Positions 27,657 to 38,064 of a stretch of DNA of 64,000 nucleotides are shown here, piece by piece (the first letter of the stretch is position 1; each line of letters begins with the position of its first letter). The position numbers and the translations under genes are program-made. Location of the stretch: positions 367,451 to 431,450 of the forward strand of contig JBPOGF010000001.1 of the NCBI GenBank assembly GCA_051251915.1. Direction: 5' to 3'. The stretch is from Akkermansiaceae bacterium. GTDB lineage: Bacteria; Verrucomicrobiota; Verrucomicrobiia; Verrucomicrobiales; Akkermansiaceae. The notes under the pieces are model-generated. The model searched no databases, was not told the origin of the DNA, and saw nothing but the letters and a program-made list of their open reading frames with translations.

Positions 27657-28100
27657 TTAGTGGTGTTCTGAATGGTGGTCTGAGCATCCTTGGCATTTTG
27701 GCCAAGCTGTGGTGCTGTCTGTGTAGTGCTCTTTTTTCCAGATTGGGACGGTGTTTTTTATTTCATCGATGATGTAGCGGCATGCTTGAAAGGCTGCATC
27801 GCGGTGGGCTGCTGAGACGCCGACGTAAACTGCCATTTCTCCTATGGCTAAGTGGCCTACACGATGGTGGCATCTGATGTCTTGGATGTCAAAGCGCTCT
27901 ATGGCGGCTTCGATAATACGATTTCCTTCTTTGGTGGCGAGTTCTGGATAGCTTGAGTATTCGAGAGAGGAAACGGCTTTGCCGTCATGGTGGTCGCGGA
28001 CCCAGCCTTCGAAGCTGCAATAGCCACCACAAGTTGGGGAGTATAGTTGTTTACGCAGGTGTGCGTGGTCAAGCGGGGTGTCGCAGATCTTAAAACGCAT
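27657..28100 (-). CDS. moaE: Molybdopterin synthase catalytic subunit
   Basis: FEGWVR, LEYSSY, HRVGHL.IGE, SAAHRDAAF, IDEIK..VPIWKKE. Confidence 0.95.
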   Translation of the reverse strand: MRFKICDTPLDHAHLRKQLYSPTCGGYCSFEGWVRDHHDGKAVSSLEYSSYPELATKEGNRIIEAAIERFDIQDIRCHHRVGHLAIGEMAVYVGVSAAHRDAAFQACRYIIDEIKNTVPIWKKEHYTDSTTAWPKCQGCSDHHSEHH

Positions 28101-28111
28101 AAGAGGGTGGG

Positions 28112-28789
28112 TTATTTCCTAGGGATGATAAGTCGTTTGCCGAGCGAAATGGATGTGCCGGAGAGTCTGTTGGCTGTCTGGATGTCAGAGATGGATGCTC
28201 CGTATTTGCGCGCTAGTCCGTATAGTGTGTCGCCTTTGACAACAGTGTGAATGATGGGCGGCTTGGATTTAGGGGTGATTTTTTTAGGGGTAGGCTTAGA
28301 GGGTTTAGGGGTGGCCTTGACCGTGGTTTTCTTAGGAGTGTAGGTCGGTTTGCTAGGGGTAGGGGTGGTGGTTCTGCTTGGTGTGTAAGTTTGAGTGGGT
28401 GCTACTGGTTTGTAGGATGCTACTGAACTAGGCTTAGGCGTAGAAGATGGTGAGGGGGTAGGAGCTGCTTTGGGGGAGCTGCCGAAGAAGCTTGATGAAG
28501 ATTTATTGTTTGAAGTGGAGCTGGTGCTAGCAGTGCTTTTTTTAGTGGTAGATTTAGAGGGTTTGGCTGCTACGTATTTGCGCTTAGGAGCATCGTCCGC
28601 CCAGTTTTCTACGTAGTTGCCATTTGAGTCAAATGGGCCGTGACTGGGTTGAAAGCCATCTGTTTTTTTTACTACTACTGAGTCTACGTTGGAGCTACAG
28701 TTACTAAGGCCGAGCGCGAATAGAGCTACGGGTAGTGACTTGAGGATATTAATAAGGATGTTTTTGCTGCGTGAATTCATTTGAGACAC
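28112..28789 (-). CDS. LysM-domain lipoprotein with S/T/P/K-rich linker
   Basis: Lipobox LSNC; C-terminal HTVVKGDTLYGLARKYG...ANRL...I..G.RL.IP. Confidence 0.9.
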   Translation of the reverse strand: MSQMNSRSKNILINILKSLPVALFALGLSNCSSNVDSVVVKKTDGFQPSHGPFDSNGNYVENWADDAPKRKYVAAKPSKSTTKKSTASTSSTSNNKSSSSFFGSSPKAAPTPSPSSTPKPSSVASYKPVAPTQTYTPSRTTTPTPSKPTYTPKKTTVKATPKPSKPTPKKITPKSKPPIIHTVVKGDTLYGLARKYGASISDIQTANRLSGTSISLGKRLIIPRK

Positions 28790-28936
28790 CGAAAGTTAAC
28801 ATGCATTAACTAAAATGGCGAATGTTATTTTGAGGATAGAGAAAAAAGCGTTAAATTAATTTTGATTGTTAAGTATTGTTAAATAATGACTTGGCGAGTG
28901 GGGGAGGAAAAAATGCAGGGAAATCGCAATGATGGA

Positions 28937-28964
28937 TTGACAAGTAGCCAAAAATCCGTAGTTT
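28937..28964 (+). promoter_or_regulatory. Sigma70 promoter of the rpmH operon
   Basis: TTGACA (28937-28942), 16-nt spacer, TAGTTT (28959-28964). Confidence 0.65.
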
Positions 28965-29030
28965 CTGCGCCCCGTGCCAGATTCAAAGTGAATTTGGTCA
29001 TATCAGGGGAAACACTAACAGGATTTCATC

Positions 29031-29213
29031 ATGAGTAAAAGAACTTATCAACCATCTAAGCGCGTTCGTAAACGCCAACACGGATTCCGTGCACGCATGG
29101 CTACTAAAGCTGGACGCGACTGTCTTCGTCGTCGTCGTAAAAAAGGCCGTAAGCGTCTCCTACCTAAAGGTGCGGAGATTCACTTCAAGCGCCATACTAA
29201 GCAGCACACCTAA
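29031..29213 (+). CDS. rpmH: 50S ribosomal protein L34 (C-terminally extended)
   Basis: [22 protein letters not shown]...RRR.KGRKRL; precedes rnpA. Confidence 0.97.
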   Translation: MSKRTYQPSKRVRKRQHGFRARMATKAGRDCLRRRRKKGRKRLLPKGAEIHFKRHTKQHT

Positions 29214-29227
29214 GCAACTCTTTATCT

Positions 29228-29257
29228 CAGGGTGGATATTTAACGATGTCCACCCTG
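29228..29257 (+). terminator. Stem-loop after rpmH (attenuator, terminator or stability hairpin)
   Basis: cagggtggatat-ttaacg-atgtccaccctg: 12-bp stem with one G-U pair. Confidence 0.65.
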
Positions 29258-29318
29258 GGGTATTTTCTTAGTAGGTTGGCTGAGGTTCTAGTCAATCATG
29301 TGATAATCATCGCGCCCT

Positions 29319-29675
29319 ATGCGGCTTCCTAGAAAGTTCTCAATGACCCAACGAGCAGAATTTGCTCGTTCGCGAGAACATGGAAAGTCTCGACCAGGGC
29401 GCTATTTGGTTCTTAGTGTTCTGCATCAATCGGATTTGGATCACTTTAGAACTGGGTATATCACTACGAAGAAAGTGGGGAAGGCTCACCAGCGAAATTT
29501 ACTTCGCAGGAGGTTCAGGTCAATAGTGCAGAACCACGGAGAGAGAATAGATCCTCATTATTACATTGTGACGATTGCTAGGTGGCGAGCTAAAGAGGCG
29601 AGCTATGAGGAGCTGGAGAAAGACTGGCTCAAGCAAGCGGCCAAGCTAGGAATACTCAAACCTGAAGAACACTAA
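29319..29675 (+). CDS. rnpA: Ribonuclease P protein component
   Basis: [22 protein letters not shown] (RNR motif); rpmH-rnpA-yidD-yidC synteny. Confidence 0.95.
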   Translation: MRLPRKFSMTQRAEFARSREHGKSRPGRYLVLSVLHQSDLDHFRTGYITTKKVGKAHQRNLLRRRFRSIVQNHGERIDPHYYIVTIARWRAKEASYEELEKDWLKQAAKLGILKPEEH

Positions 29676-29686
29676 ATCTTATTCTT

Positions 29687-29953
29687 ATGAATCCGTTACA
29701 TTTTCCAAAATGGTTCATCAAGAAGATGATCGTGCTCTATCAGAAGCTGATCAATCCTATTTTACATTTTATCGGTGGGCCCTACGCAGGATGTAGGTTT
29801 TCGCCATCTTGCTCTAACTATTGCTTACAGGCGGTAGAGACTCATGGGGCAATTCGTGGGGTGCTTTATGGAATGTGGCGAATTTGTCGTTGTCATCCAT
29901 GGGGTGGAAGTGGGGATGACCCTGTTCCCGAGAAGAAGAATCATCAGAAATAA
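29687..29953 (+). CDS. yidD: Membrane protein insertion efficiency factor
   Basis: [35 protein letters not shown]. Confidence 0.95.
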   Translation: MNPLHFPKWFIKKMIVLYQKLINPILHFIGGPYAGCRFSPSCSNYCLQAVETHGAIRGVLYGMWRICRCHPWGGSGDDPVPEKKNHQK

Positions 29954-29986
29954 ATAAATTTTCATACACTAACCTAACATTATACT

Positions 29987-31915
29987 ATGGACCGTAAAGG
30001 CTGGATTATCCTCATTTTCTGTAGCATCGCATTGGTGCTCAACTACATGTTTCTAAAAGATACGCAGAGAAAAGTAGACGAAGAAAACAAAGACAAGGTG
30101 GAGGAGGTAGTAGATGCTAACTCTGATGGTGGAGCTACTCCGACTGAGGGAGCTGCGGCGTCTGGTGAAGCAACTGATGCATCTCCTTCCGCTGAGGTAA
30201 AAGTCGATGAGCCATATGAACTCTTTGCTTCTACTGATGGTGAGAAGGTGACAAAATTCACATTTTCAAATATTGGTGGGGGAATCAAGTCGGCTGAGAT
30301 GCTGCAGGAGAAGAAGGTATTTGATAAGGAAAAGAACGTTGTAATCAATGAGCATGGTAAGTCAGTGATTGGGGCGTTGGCTAAAAGTTATAAGGATTTC
30401 GAGAAGACTTATTATGAGCGTGTTGAGGAATCAAATCATTCTGTAAAGTATGTGGGTGAGCTTGAAGATGGTGTGACGGTGACTAAAAGCTGGACATTGG
30501 AGGATGGGACTGCTGATAAAGCGCCTAAGCTTAAGTTGGTAATTACTTTTAAGACAAAGGAGGGAAAGAATTTCGATCTTAATCAGTACTCAATCACTAC
30601 TGGCACAGCGGTGCCGGTGTTCGTTAAGGAGCAGGTGAATTTGGCGGGTTGGTTTTACTATCAAGATGGAGATTATGAGGGAGAAAACCACAGTAATTTC
30701 ACTGGTGGAATGATCTCGGATGCTAAGCCGGTTGATACGGTGAAGACAGAAAATCTTGAGTATTTTGGTGTGAATAGCCAGTTCTTTGGAACAGCGATTT
30801 TCCCTAAAGCTGATGCGAATAGTGATAATCTATGGGCTTCAGGTGAGGAAGTGTTGCTGAATGATGGTGATAAATCTGGTAAGCGTTGGATCTTCCAGAT
30901 GGGACTCGATCTTCCTGAGAAGACTGTGCATAGCGGTGAGACAGCATCTATTTCATATGATATTTTTGTAGGAGCGAAGCAAAATAGACAGATGTCTGCT
31001 CTGAGTGAGAATAGTGACGATATCATGAATTTCAGCATGTTCTCAGCATTTGGTTGGATTTCAGATAAGATGAATAAGGCGCTTAACGGAATCCATAATT
31101 GGTTCCCTGAGGATGCTGCTTGGAGCTGGGGATTAGCGATTGTGCTTCTTACTCTCTTTATCCGTATCATTATCTGGCCGCTTCATAATAAGTCGACACG
31201 CACGATGAAACGCATGAGCAAGCTTCAGCCGATCATGAAGGAGCTACGTGAGAAGCATAAGGATAATCCACAGAAGCTGAATCAGGAGACGATGAAGCTG
31301 TACCGTGAGTATGGTGTGAATCCTATGGGTGGTTGTCTGCCAATGTTGGTTCAGATTCCAATTTTCTTTGGTGTTTTCAACATGATCAATGCTGCTGTTG
31401 AGTTACGTGGTCAGCCGTTCATGTGGGTGGATGATCTTTCACAGCCTGATCACCTTACTGATGTGTTTGGTCTTCCTTTGAATTTGTTGCCTATTTTGAT
31501 GGCGGTAACGATGGTTGTTCAGATGCGTATGACTCCTCAGACTGGGGATAAATTACAGCGTAGGATCTTTATGCTGATGCCGTTGATGTTCTTTGTATTC
31601 TGTTATAATTATGCTTCAGCGTTAGCGCTTTACTGGACTACGCAGAATATTGTATCGATTGGTCAGACTTGGTTGACTCAGCGTATGCCTGAGCCTGAAC
31701 TTGCTAAGAAGTCAGCTAAGAAGGGTGAGACTACTGTGGTAGATGATGGTAAGCCTCGTAAGAAGGGGTTCATGGAGCGTATGGCGGAGAAGCTTGAAGA
31801 GGCTCAGAACCAGCGTGATGCGGCGGCAGGAAGAGCTCCTGCGGCTAAGAAGAAAGTTCCTGGTCAGATCGCTGACAAAAAGCCTAAGAAGCGCACTCCT
31901 AAAACTGGAGGTTAA
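29987..31915 (+). CDS. yidC: Membrane protein insertase
   Basis: WGLAIVLLT..IR, KLQP, LYREYGVNPMGGCLPMLVQIPIF, W..DLS.PD, LALYWTTQN. Confidence 0.97.
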   Translation: MDRKGWIILIFCSIALVLNYMFLKDTQRKVDEENKDKVEEVVDANSDGGATPTEGAAASGEATDASPSAEVKVDEPYELFASTDGEKVTKFTFSNIGGGIKSAEMLQEKKVFDKEKNVVINEHGKSVIGALAKSYKDFEKTYYERVEESNHSVKYVGELEDGVTVTKSWTLEDGTADKAPKLKLVITFKTKEGKNFDLNQYSITTGTAVPVFVKEQVNLAGWFYYQDGDYEGENHSNFTGGMISDAKPVDTVKTENLEYFGVNSQFFGTAIFPKADANSDNLWASGEEVLLNDGDKSGKRWIFQMGLDLPEKTVHSGETASISYDIFVGAKQNRQMSALSENSDDIMNFSMFSAFGWISDKMNKALNGIHNWFPEDAAWSWGLAIVLLTLFIRIIIWPLHNKSTRTMKRMSKLQPIMKELREKHKDNPQKLNQETMKLYREYGVNPMGGCLPMLVQIPIFFGVFNMINAAVELRGQPFMWVDDLSQPDHLTDVFGLPLNLLPILMAVTMVVQMRMTPQTGDKLQRRIFMLMPLMFFVFCYNYASALALYWTTQNIVSIGQTWLTQRMPEPELAKKSAKKGETTVVDDGKPRKKGFMERMAEKLEEAQNQRDAAAGRAPAAKKKVPGQIADKKPKKRTPKTGG

Positions 31916-31926
31916 AACTAAATAAC

Positions 31927-32298
31927 ATGAGCAATACAGAAGAAAGAGATCTAGGTGTCCAACCTCTCGATGCTATCCTGAGGGGGTGGCAGCTGGATAA
32001 CCACGATGTGGTAGAGGCTTCACCTCAGCAGCTTACTCACAAGCAGATAGTCCGAGCTAGAAATGGCCGTAGACTGACACTTAAGATGATGATCAAAGTT
32101 GCAAGGACGGTTAATTTTGCGATCTGGGGTAGGCTTACTGATGAGGAACGCGAGGCTTTCACGGAGTATTTTCCAAAGCACCTATTTTCTTATTCTAAGG
32201 GTTGGGATGCAGCAGTGACTGATCCAAACTTGGCGCATTATGGTTTGATTGAAGGTAGAGAGTTGCGTGAGGATTTCCGTGCAGAACTCGGTCTTTAG
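31927..32298 (+). CDS. Hypothetical protein
   Basis: 123-aa ORF directly after yidC with normal codon style; LTHKQIVRARNGRRLT looks HTH-like. Confidence 0.75.
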   Translation: MSNTEERDLGVQPLDAILRGWQLDNHDVVEASPQQLTHKQIVRARNGRRLTLKMMIKVARTVNFAIWGRLTDEEREAFTEYFPKHLFSYSKGWDAAVTDPNLAHYGLIEGRELREDFRAELGL

Positions 32299-32305
32299 TT
32301 TTCTG

Positions 32306-32719
32306 TTATTCTGCTAAGAAGGCAGTAAACGCATTTTTTAATTCCTCTACTCGTTGATCTGAGTAGGGGATTTTTTCTTGATGGCCCCAGACGACTTCTG
32401 GCCAGGCTGGATCTGTTTCGGTTCTGCCGATGATGTGGATGTGCATTTGGCGGACGATGTTAGCGATGTTGCCGATATTGAGTTTGGATGGGGAGAAGTG
32501 TTGCTCGATGAATTGGCTAACTGTGAGTGTGGTGTTGTTGATGTTTTGGTACTCGGTGGTGGTAAGGTGGGTGATTTCGGTTTTGGTTTCTGAGATGTGT
32601 GGGACGACGACAAACCAGGGGTAGTGGGCGTTGTTTTTTAGGAGGACATCGCAGTTGTTGATCGTTGCTAGGAGGTGGCCGCCTGAGGCGAGTCGGGGGT
32701 TTAGGGTGAAATCTGTCAT
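32306..32719 (-). CDS. HIT family protein
   Basis: YPWFVVVP, KLNIGNIANIVRQMHIHIIGR, DPAWPEVVWG. Confidence 0.9.
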   Translation of the reverse strand: MTDFTLNPRLASGGHLLATINNCDVLLKNNAHYPWFVVVPHISETKTEITHLTTTEYQNINNTTLTVSQFIEQHFSPSKLNIGNIANIVRQMHIHIIGRTETDPAWPEVVWGHQEKIPYSDQRVEELKNAFTAFLAE

Positions 32720-32912
32720 TTTGTTGCGGTTGGAGTTGAGGTTGCTGGTGATTGGGTGGTAGATTTAGATATTTTGGGGATTTAGCAATCACTATTCATC
32801 ATTAATATGAGGTGTAAAGGCTGATGGCTGTTAGATTTTGCCTTGCGCAGATGGTGATTTGGGGGCATTCTGTGGCTGCTCTTATCAGGAGAGATAAGAA
32901 ATTTCAGAAAAC

Positions 32913-33572
32913 ATGAATTTTTTTCGCAACATAGCGTCCAATGTATTGAGGGGATCATCTAACCAGGAAGCCAGTGAGGCTGGAGGGGATGGTTCTCAAG
33001 AAATAGAGATAGACGATGCTGATCTGGTGAGGCGAGCACAAGCGGGTGAATATGCCGCGTTTGATGCCCTCGTCACTAAGCACCGAGGAAAGGTATATGC
33101 GATGATAATGAATATGGTAAAAAACGATGCGGATGCATGGGACCTAGCACAGGATTCCTTCATCAAGGCATGGCGAGCGTTGCCTAAGTTTGAGAATAGA
33201 TCTAAGTTTTCGACTTGGTTATTTCGCATTTCCCACAATGTGGTGTATGATTGGATGAGGAAGAAAAAAATCCGATCAGAAGGTGAGCTTGATGACGAAT
33301 TGCTGGATGCGAATCGGATAGATATGAGTGCAGCCACGGCTCCTAAGCAAAGTCTGAGACCAGACGAAGAGATAGTTGGAAATGAGCTGAGGCGTGAGAT
33401 AGAGGATGCTCTGAATAAACTTTCCCCCCAACACAAGGAAACCATCGTGCTGCGTGAGGTGCAGGGGATGGACTATAAAGAAATAGCAGACGTTATGGAT
33501 TGCTCAGTGGGCACTGTGATGAGTCGGCTTTTCTATGCTAGAAAGAAATTACAAACATTATTAAAACCATGA
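32913..33572 (+). CDS. ECF sigma factor (RpoE-like)
   Basis: DADLVRRAQAG..AFDALV, DAWDLAQDSFIKAW, FSTWLFRI, YKEIA.VMDCSVGTVMSRLFYARKKL. Confidence 0.95.
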   Translation: MNFFRNIASNVLRGSSNQEASEAGGDGSQEIEIDDADLVRRAQAGEYAAFDALVTKHRGKVYAMIMNMVKNDADAWDLAQDSFIKAWRALPKFENRSKFSTWLFRISHNVVYDWMRKKKIRSEGELDDELLDANRIDMSAATAPKQSLRPDEEIVGNELRREIEDALNKLSPQHKETIVLREVQGMDYKEIADVMDCSVGTVMSRLFYARKKLQTLLKP

Positions 33573-34174
33573 ATAGACCTGATGAAAAAACACTCTGTAG
33601 CTGGCTCGAGGGCGAATTAGAAGGCGAGGAACTTCGTAAAGTAGAGGCGTGGGCTGAGGCTAATGCTGATGATCTGGATGCAGAATTTAAATGTGATATA
33701 GGATGGGATGCGCTTAACGATGAGATGATGGCACTGTTGCCAGCGTCTGTGGAGCCACCGTATCCGGAATTTTTTAACGCGAAGTTGCAGCAGGCAATTG
33801 AGGATGATTCGTGGTCTGTTGATGCTGTTGAGCATGAGCCTGCTAGGGCTACGGGGTCACTGTGGCAGAAGTTGCGCTTGATGTTGGCTCCAGCTGCTAT
33901 TGCTGCGTTGGTAGCGTTTTATGCTGGGATGCAGATGAGGAGTGTGGAGCCAGTGGAGGCACCTGAGTTAGCTGTTGAGGAAAGTAGTGTGTATGTTCCT
34001 CATAGAGGGATAGTGGCGGCTGTGTCCGAGTCTAGTGGAGCTACTGAGATTGTCTTAGATGGTCTTGCTCCGATTTCTGATGAGCTGGACATCGCTGCTG
34101 GTGAAACTTCACCAGGGGACTCACCGATGATGGCGAATACGCAAGAGGATGTTCAGCATTACATCTTTTTCTAA
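33569..34174 (+). CDS. Putative anti-sigma factor (single TM)
   Basis: Overlaps the sigma stop (ATGA); LCSWLEGELEGEE anti-sigma-like N-terminus, EPPYPEFFN, one TM. Confidence 0.8.
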   Translation: MNRPDEKTLCSWLEGELEGEELRKVEAWAEANADDLDAEFKCDIGWDALNDEMMALLPASVEPPYPEFFNAKLQQAIEDDSWSVDAVEHEPARATGSLWQKLRLMLAPAAIAALVAFYAGMQMRSVEPVEAPELAVEESSVYVPHRGIVAAVSESSGATEIVLDGLAPISDELDIAAGETSPGDSPMMANTQEDVQHYIFF

Positions 34175-34187
34175 ATTATCATCACTT

Positions 34188-34721
34188 ATGAAACCGTCAC
34201 TTCAGATTCTTCCGATCCTTTTACTAACCGTGCTTAGTAGCATGAGCTCGCTGTCTGCCCAGGCTAAAGCTAAGACGAATGCTGATACAGGTACTGATTC
34301 TGTAGGTGTGCTTAGGGTGAGTCTTATTTTTGGGACAGATGGTGATGTGGCTCAGGCTGGAAAGGGCTTGAAGAAGCCGAGTGTGGTCCAGATGGAGGCT
34401 CTGCATAATCTTAAGGCGATTAAGTTTACTCACTATAGATTGTTAGGTGAAGACCAACAGCCGATTCTTAGGAGTTATGAGAACTGGGCGAATCCGATGA
34501 AGAGTTCGAAGGAGATTTTACTGAGTTTTCAGCCTAGAGGTCAGCCGATTGATGATCATTTGAAAATGGATCTAGAGTTTTGGCAGAGTCATAAGAAGAT
34601 CATGAAGAGTGGAGCGACTCTGAAGAAAGGCAAGCCGTTGTTTATTCAAGGTCCAGCTTGGAGGGGGGGGAAGATTATTATTTCCGTGGAGCTTATGTCT
34701 CTGACTGAGGACAAGAAGTAG
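34188..34721 (+). CDS. Exported hypothetical protein (third gene of ECF operon)
   Basis: Signal peptide from ATG 34188 (MKPSLQILPILLL...LSAQA). Confidence 0.75.
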   Translation: MKPSLQILPILLLTVLSSMSSLSAQAKAKTNADTGTDSVGVLRVSLIFGTDGDVAQAGKGLKKPSVVQMEALHNLKAIKFTHYRLLGEDQQPILRSYENWANPMKSSKEILLSFQPRGQPIDDHLKMDLEFWQSHKKIMKSGATLKKGKPLFIQGPAWRGGKIIISVELMSLTEDKK

Positions 34722-34735
34722 TTTTTTAGATTTTT

Positions 34736-35545
34736 TTAAAGGCTACCTTTTCTTAGGTGGTTGAGGCAGTGGATGGTATTGCCTGATGGGGATTTCCATT
34801 TGAAGGAATTGAGGATGGCGGAGTGAACCCAGTCTATGGATGTGGAGACGGCATCGATCATGTTGGCGCCATTGGCTAGATGAGCGGTGATGGCTGCGGA
34901 GAGTGTGCAGCCTGTGCCGTGGGTGCAGGCGATGTCTATTTTAGATGCGCTAAAGTGGTGAGCAGTGCCTTTGTGCCAGAGTATGTCTAATCTGTCGTCA
35001 TTGCCTGGGAGGTGTCCGCCTTTGAGGAGGACTGAGGTGTGGTAGAGCTCGGAGAGTTTCTTGGCTGCGGGTTCTAGATCTGCGAGTGTTTCGACTGGCT
35101 GGTCTAGCAGAACGGATGCTTCAGGCATGTTGGGGGTGATGAGTGTGGCTAGTGGGAGGAGTCTATCACGGTAGGTCTGGATGGCATTTTTGTCGACTAG
35201 TGTAGAGCCAGAAGTGGCGACCATGACTGGGTCTACTACGAGTGGGATGTGGGTTTTGTTAGAGAGCATTTCCACGACGGCGACGAGGTGGGCTTTTGAG
35301 TAGAGCATGCCGGTTTTGATGGCGTCTACGGGGTAGGAATCGAGCAAGATTTTAACTTGTTCTTGAAGTACAGCTGGAGGGACTGGGTGAATGGACTCGA
35401 CGATCTCTGGGGTTTCCGCGACGACGCAAGTGAGTGCTGTTAGGCCGTGGCAACCGTGGTAGGAAAAGGTCTTGAGGTCTGCTTGGATACCTGCTCCTGA
35501 TGAGCAATCTGAGCCTGCGATGGTGAGTGCGATGGGTGGTGTCAT
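34736..35545 (-). CDS. thiD: Hydroxymethylpyrimidine/phosphomethylpyrimidine kinase
   Basis: [57 protein letters not shown]. Confidence 0.95.
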   Translation of the reverse strand: MTPPIALTIAGSDCSSGAGIQADLKTFSYHGCHGLTALTCVVAETPEIVESIHPVPPAVLQEQVKILLDSYPVDAIKTGMLYSKAHLVAVVEMLSNKTHIPLVVDPVMVATSGSTLVDKNAIQTYRDRLLPLATLITPNMPEASVLLDQPVETLADLEPAAKKLSELYHTSVLLKGGHLPGNDDRLDILWHKGTAHHFSASKIDIACTHGTGCTLSAAITAHLANGANMIDAVSTSIDWVHSAILNSFKWKSPSGNTIHCLNHLRKGSL

Positions 35546-35549
35546 AATG

Positions 35550-36332
35550 TTACGAGATTAGTTTAAGGCTACCAAGAAACTTCACAATAAGCTGGGCGCA
35601 ACTTTGAGGATGGGCTTGGAAGATGAGGTGAGGTGAGTCTATCCAGTGGCTGGTGGCGTGGGGGAGGTGTTGTTCTAACTGGTTCTGAACTTCCCAAGGG
35701 ATGAGGGCGTCATGCTCGGCTTGGAGGAGGAGGACGGGTGTGTTTATAATGGTGGGAGTTTGTTCTTCTTCAAGGGTGAGGATGCTGCGGGTGCGCTGGC
35801 TGAGTGTTTTGGCGGGAATGTGTTTTACTGCGGAGCGGACTTTAGTGACTAGTTCTGATGAGCTGTTAGTTCCGGTTAGGAAATGACGGACTGCTGTGCG
35901 CGGAGGTGCGATTAGAAAGAGTGGGCGTATGGGGAGAAGGGCGAAGCCTGGATTAGCAGGGCTGGCGCAGAATCCGCCGCCGATGATGACGGCATGGATT
36001 GCTTTGGGGAATTTATTCGCTAGTTTAAGGGCTAGCGGAGTGGAGAAGGACTCGGCAATGATGACCGTTTGTTGGCCAGTGGTTTTATCGAGTGAAAGGT
36101 CTGAGCATAGCCATTTGAATAGTTTGGCATAGCTTTGTTTGAGATCAGTGGGGTAGCTGATGAGTGTGGTTTGAAAACTTACCTCTAGGTTTATTTCTAG
36201 CCGTTGGATGCGGCTAACAAGGTTGTCAAAAAGCTCAGCTGTTCCATGCAGACCGGGGAGGAACACTAGGTTGATATTGTTTTTCCTAGTGTTGTCGGTT
36301 TTAGCGTAGGAGGGCAGTGAGCTTTCTGGCAT
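35550..36332 (-). CDS. Alpha/beta fold hydrolase
   Basis: [10 protein letters not shown], nucleophile elbow [22 protein letters not shown]. Confidence 0.85.
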   Translation of the reverse strand: MPESSLPSYAKTDNTRKNNINLVFLPGLHGTAELFDNLVSRIQRLEINLEVSFQTTLISYPTDLKQSYAKLFKWLCSDLSLDKTTGQQTVIIAESFSTPLALKLANKFPKAIHAVIIGGGFCASPANPGFALLPIRPLFLIAPPRTAVRHFLTGTNSSSELVTKVRSAVKHIPAKTLSQRTRSILTLEEEQTPTIINTPVLLLQAEHDALIPWEVQNQLEQHLPHATSHWIDSPHLIFQAHPQSCAQLIVKFLGSLKLIS

Positions 36333-36341
36333 TCTTGATTT

Positions 36342-37286
36342 TTAGAGTTTGCTGCTGATGAGAGTCTCTAGTTTAACGATGTCTGCGCTGAATCCACGGA
36401 TGCCTTCGGCAGTTTTTTCCGTAGCCATTGCGTCTTCGTTGTAAATGAAACGGAAGTCAGCTTCATTGAGTGAGATTTTCTCTTGATCAGATGCTTGAGC
36501 GTCTTCTTCGTTGAGCTTCTGAGTGACTTCAGCGTCTGAGTTCTGAAGGTCTTCGAGGAGATTAGGGCTGATGGTGAGGAGGTCACAACCGGCGAGTTCT
36601 GTGATCTGGCCAGTATTTCTGAATGATGCTCCCATTACTTCTGTCTTGTACCCGAATTTTTTGTAGTAGTTGTAGATGTCTGTGACTGAGATGACGCCTG
36701 GGTCTTCTGCTCCAACGTAGTCGATGCCAGTGTCCTTCTTATACCAATCGTAGATTCTTCCTACGAATGGTGAGATGAGCTGGACGTTAGCTTCTGCACA
36801 GGCGATGGCTTGTGCTTTAGAGAAGAGGAGTGTGAGGTTACATGTGATGCCTTCTTTTTCGAGAGCTTCAGCGGCCTTGATGCCTTCCCATGTGGATGCG
36901 ATTTTGATAAGGATGCGCTCTTTAGATGCTCCGTTAGCCTCGTAGAGTGCGATGATTTCTTTTGCCTTAGCGATAGTGCCTGCTGTGTCGAATGAGAGTC
37001 TGGCGTCTACTTCTGTAGATACACGACCTGGAACGATTTTAAGGATTTCTAGACCGAATAGGACGAGGAGCTGATCCATGACAGCTTCAGTGGTCTTGCT
37101 AGATGCAGAGGCTATGGCCTTGTCTACGATATGTTGGTATTCATCCTGCATTGCTGCTTTCAGAATGAGTGATGGATTGGTAGTCGCATCTTGTGGTTGG
37201 TATTGCTTGATGGACTCAAAGTCGCCAGTGTCGGCTACGATGGTGGTGTATTTTTTAAGTGAATTTAGTGATGATGTATCGGACAT
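36342..37286 (-). CDS. tal: Transaldolase
   Basis: [55 protein letters not shown]. Confidence 0.98.
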   Translation of the reverse strand: MSDTSSLNSLKKYTTIVADTGDFESIKQYQPQDATTNPSLILKAAMQDEYQHIVDKAIASASSKTTEAVMDQLLVLFGLEILKIVPGRVSTEVDARLSFDTAGTIAKAKEIIALYEANGASKERILIKIASTWEGIKAAEALEKEGITCNLTLLFSKAQAIACAEANVQLISPFVGRIYDWYKKDTGIDYVGAEDPGVISVTDIYNYYKKFGYKTEVMGASFRNTGQITELAGCDLLTISPNLLEDLQNSDAEVTQKLNEEDAQASDQEKISLNEADFRFIYNEDAMATEKTAEGIRGFSADIVKLETLISSKL

Positions 37287-37345
37287 GGGGGGACTGTAGC
37301 GTAAAGTGGATGAATTAGAAAAGGTAAATTGTAGTCATTTTCGAC

Positions 37346-37381
37346 AAAAAAGCCCCCTGCAGCGAGGTGCTTCAGGGGGCT
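37346..37381 (-). terminator. Intrinsic terminator of the RRM gene
   Basis: aaaaaagccccctg...cagggggct: stem followed by a U-run on the minus strand. Confidence 0.8.
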
Positions 37382-37401
37382 GATCTATTATGAATTATAT
37401 A

Positions 37402-38064
37402 TTATGCTGCTGGCTCTTCTGATGATTCATCAGAGTTTGCTTTATCAGCATCGTAGTCGCTGCTATTTGGGTCGCTTGCCTTACGTGCTTTAGATCCGTT
37501 TACGATAAGGTTTCTACCGAGGAATGGTTGGTCGTGAAGCACATCGACAGCGCGTTTAGCTTCGTCGACATTGAGCATTTGGACGAATCCGTATCCTTTT
37601 GACTTGTGGGTGTGGCGATTGTAGATGATTTCTACTTTTTTGACTGAACCCACGCCTTTGAATAGGTCTTCGATGTCGTATTCTGTAGCGTCATAGGAGA
37701 GGTTTCCTACGTAGAGACGCGGTGTTTCGACTTCAACTTTCTGTGGAGCCTTGCGTTCTTTTGCTACGCGAGTGTTTGTGCGTGCTGGCTTGGCATCCTC
37801 TGTTGGAGGTGTTGCTTTGCTTCTAGGTGGGCGGTTGGCTTGGAGTTGTTTGCGGATTTTGTCTTCGCTGGTGAGCTTGCAGAAGATGAGGATTTTCTGC
37901 CAGGTAGAGAGAACAAGCGGTTTTGGCTTGTTTTGGCGAGGTTTGCGATTGCGGCTGTTATTGCTGTTGTTGTTATTACTGCGATTGCGATTATTGTTGC
38001 GGTTTCTGTTGTTTTGGTTGCGATTGTTATTCTTTCGCGGTCCATTTTGTTGTTGTTCTGACAT
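37402..38064 (-). CDS. RRM RNA-binding protein with N/R-rich low-complexity N-terminus
   Basis: RNP2 LYVGNL, RNP1 KGYGFVQM. Confidence 0.92.
   Translation of the reverse strand: MSEQQQNGPRKNNNRNQNNRNRNNNRNRSNNNNSNNSRNRKPRQNKPKPLVLSTWQKILIFCKLTSEDKIRKQLQANRPPRSKATPPTEDAKPARTNTRVAKERKAPQKVEVETPRLYVGNLSYDATEYDIEDLFKGVGSVKKVEIIYNRHTHKSKGYGFVQMLNVDEAKRAVDVLHDQPFLGRNLIVNGSKARKASDPNSSDYDADKANSDESSEEPAA

Noticed and set aside
28790..29030. oriC upstream of rpmH
   Set aside because: No dnaA, no cluster of TTATCCACA boxes seen, and the G-over-C skew keeps the same sign on both sides.
35546..35560. TPP riboswitch before thiD (and Moco riboswitch before moaE)
   Set aside because: Both genes start within about 4-11 nt of the upstream gene's stop, leaving no room for a leader.
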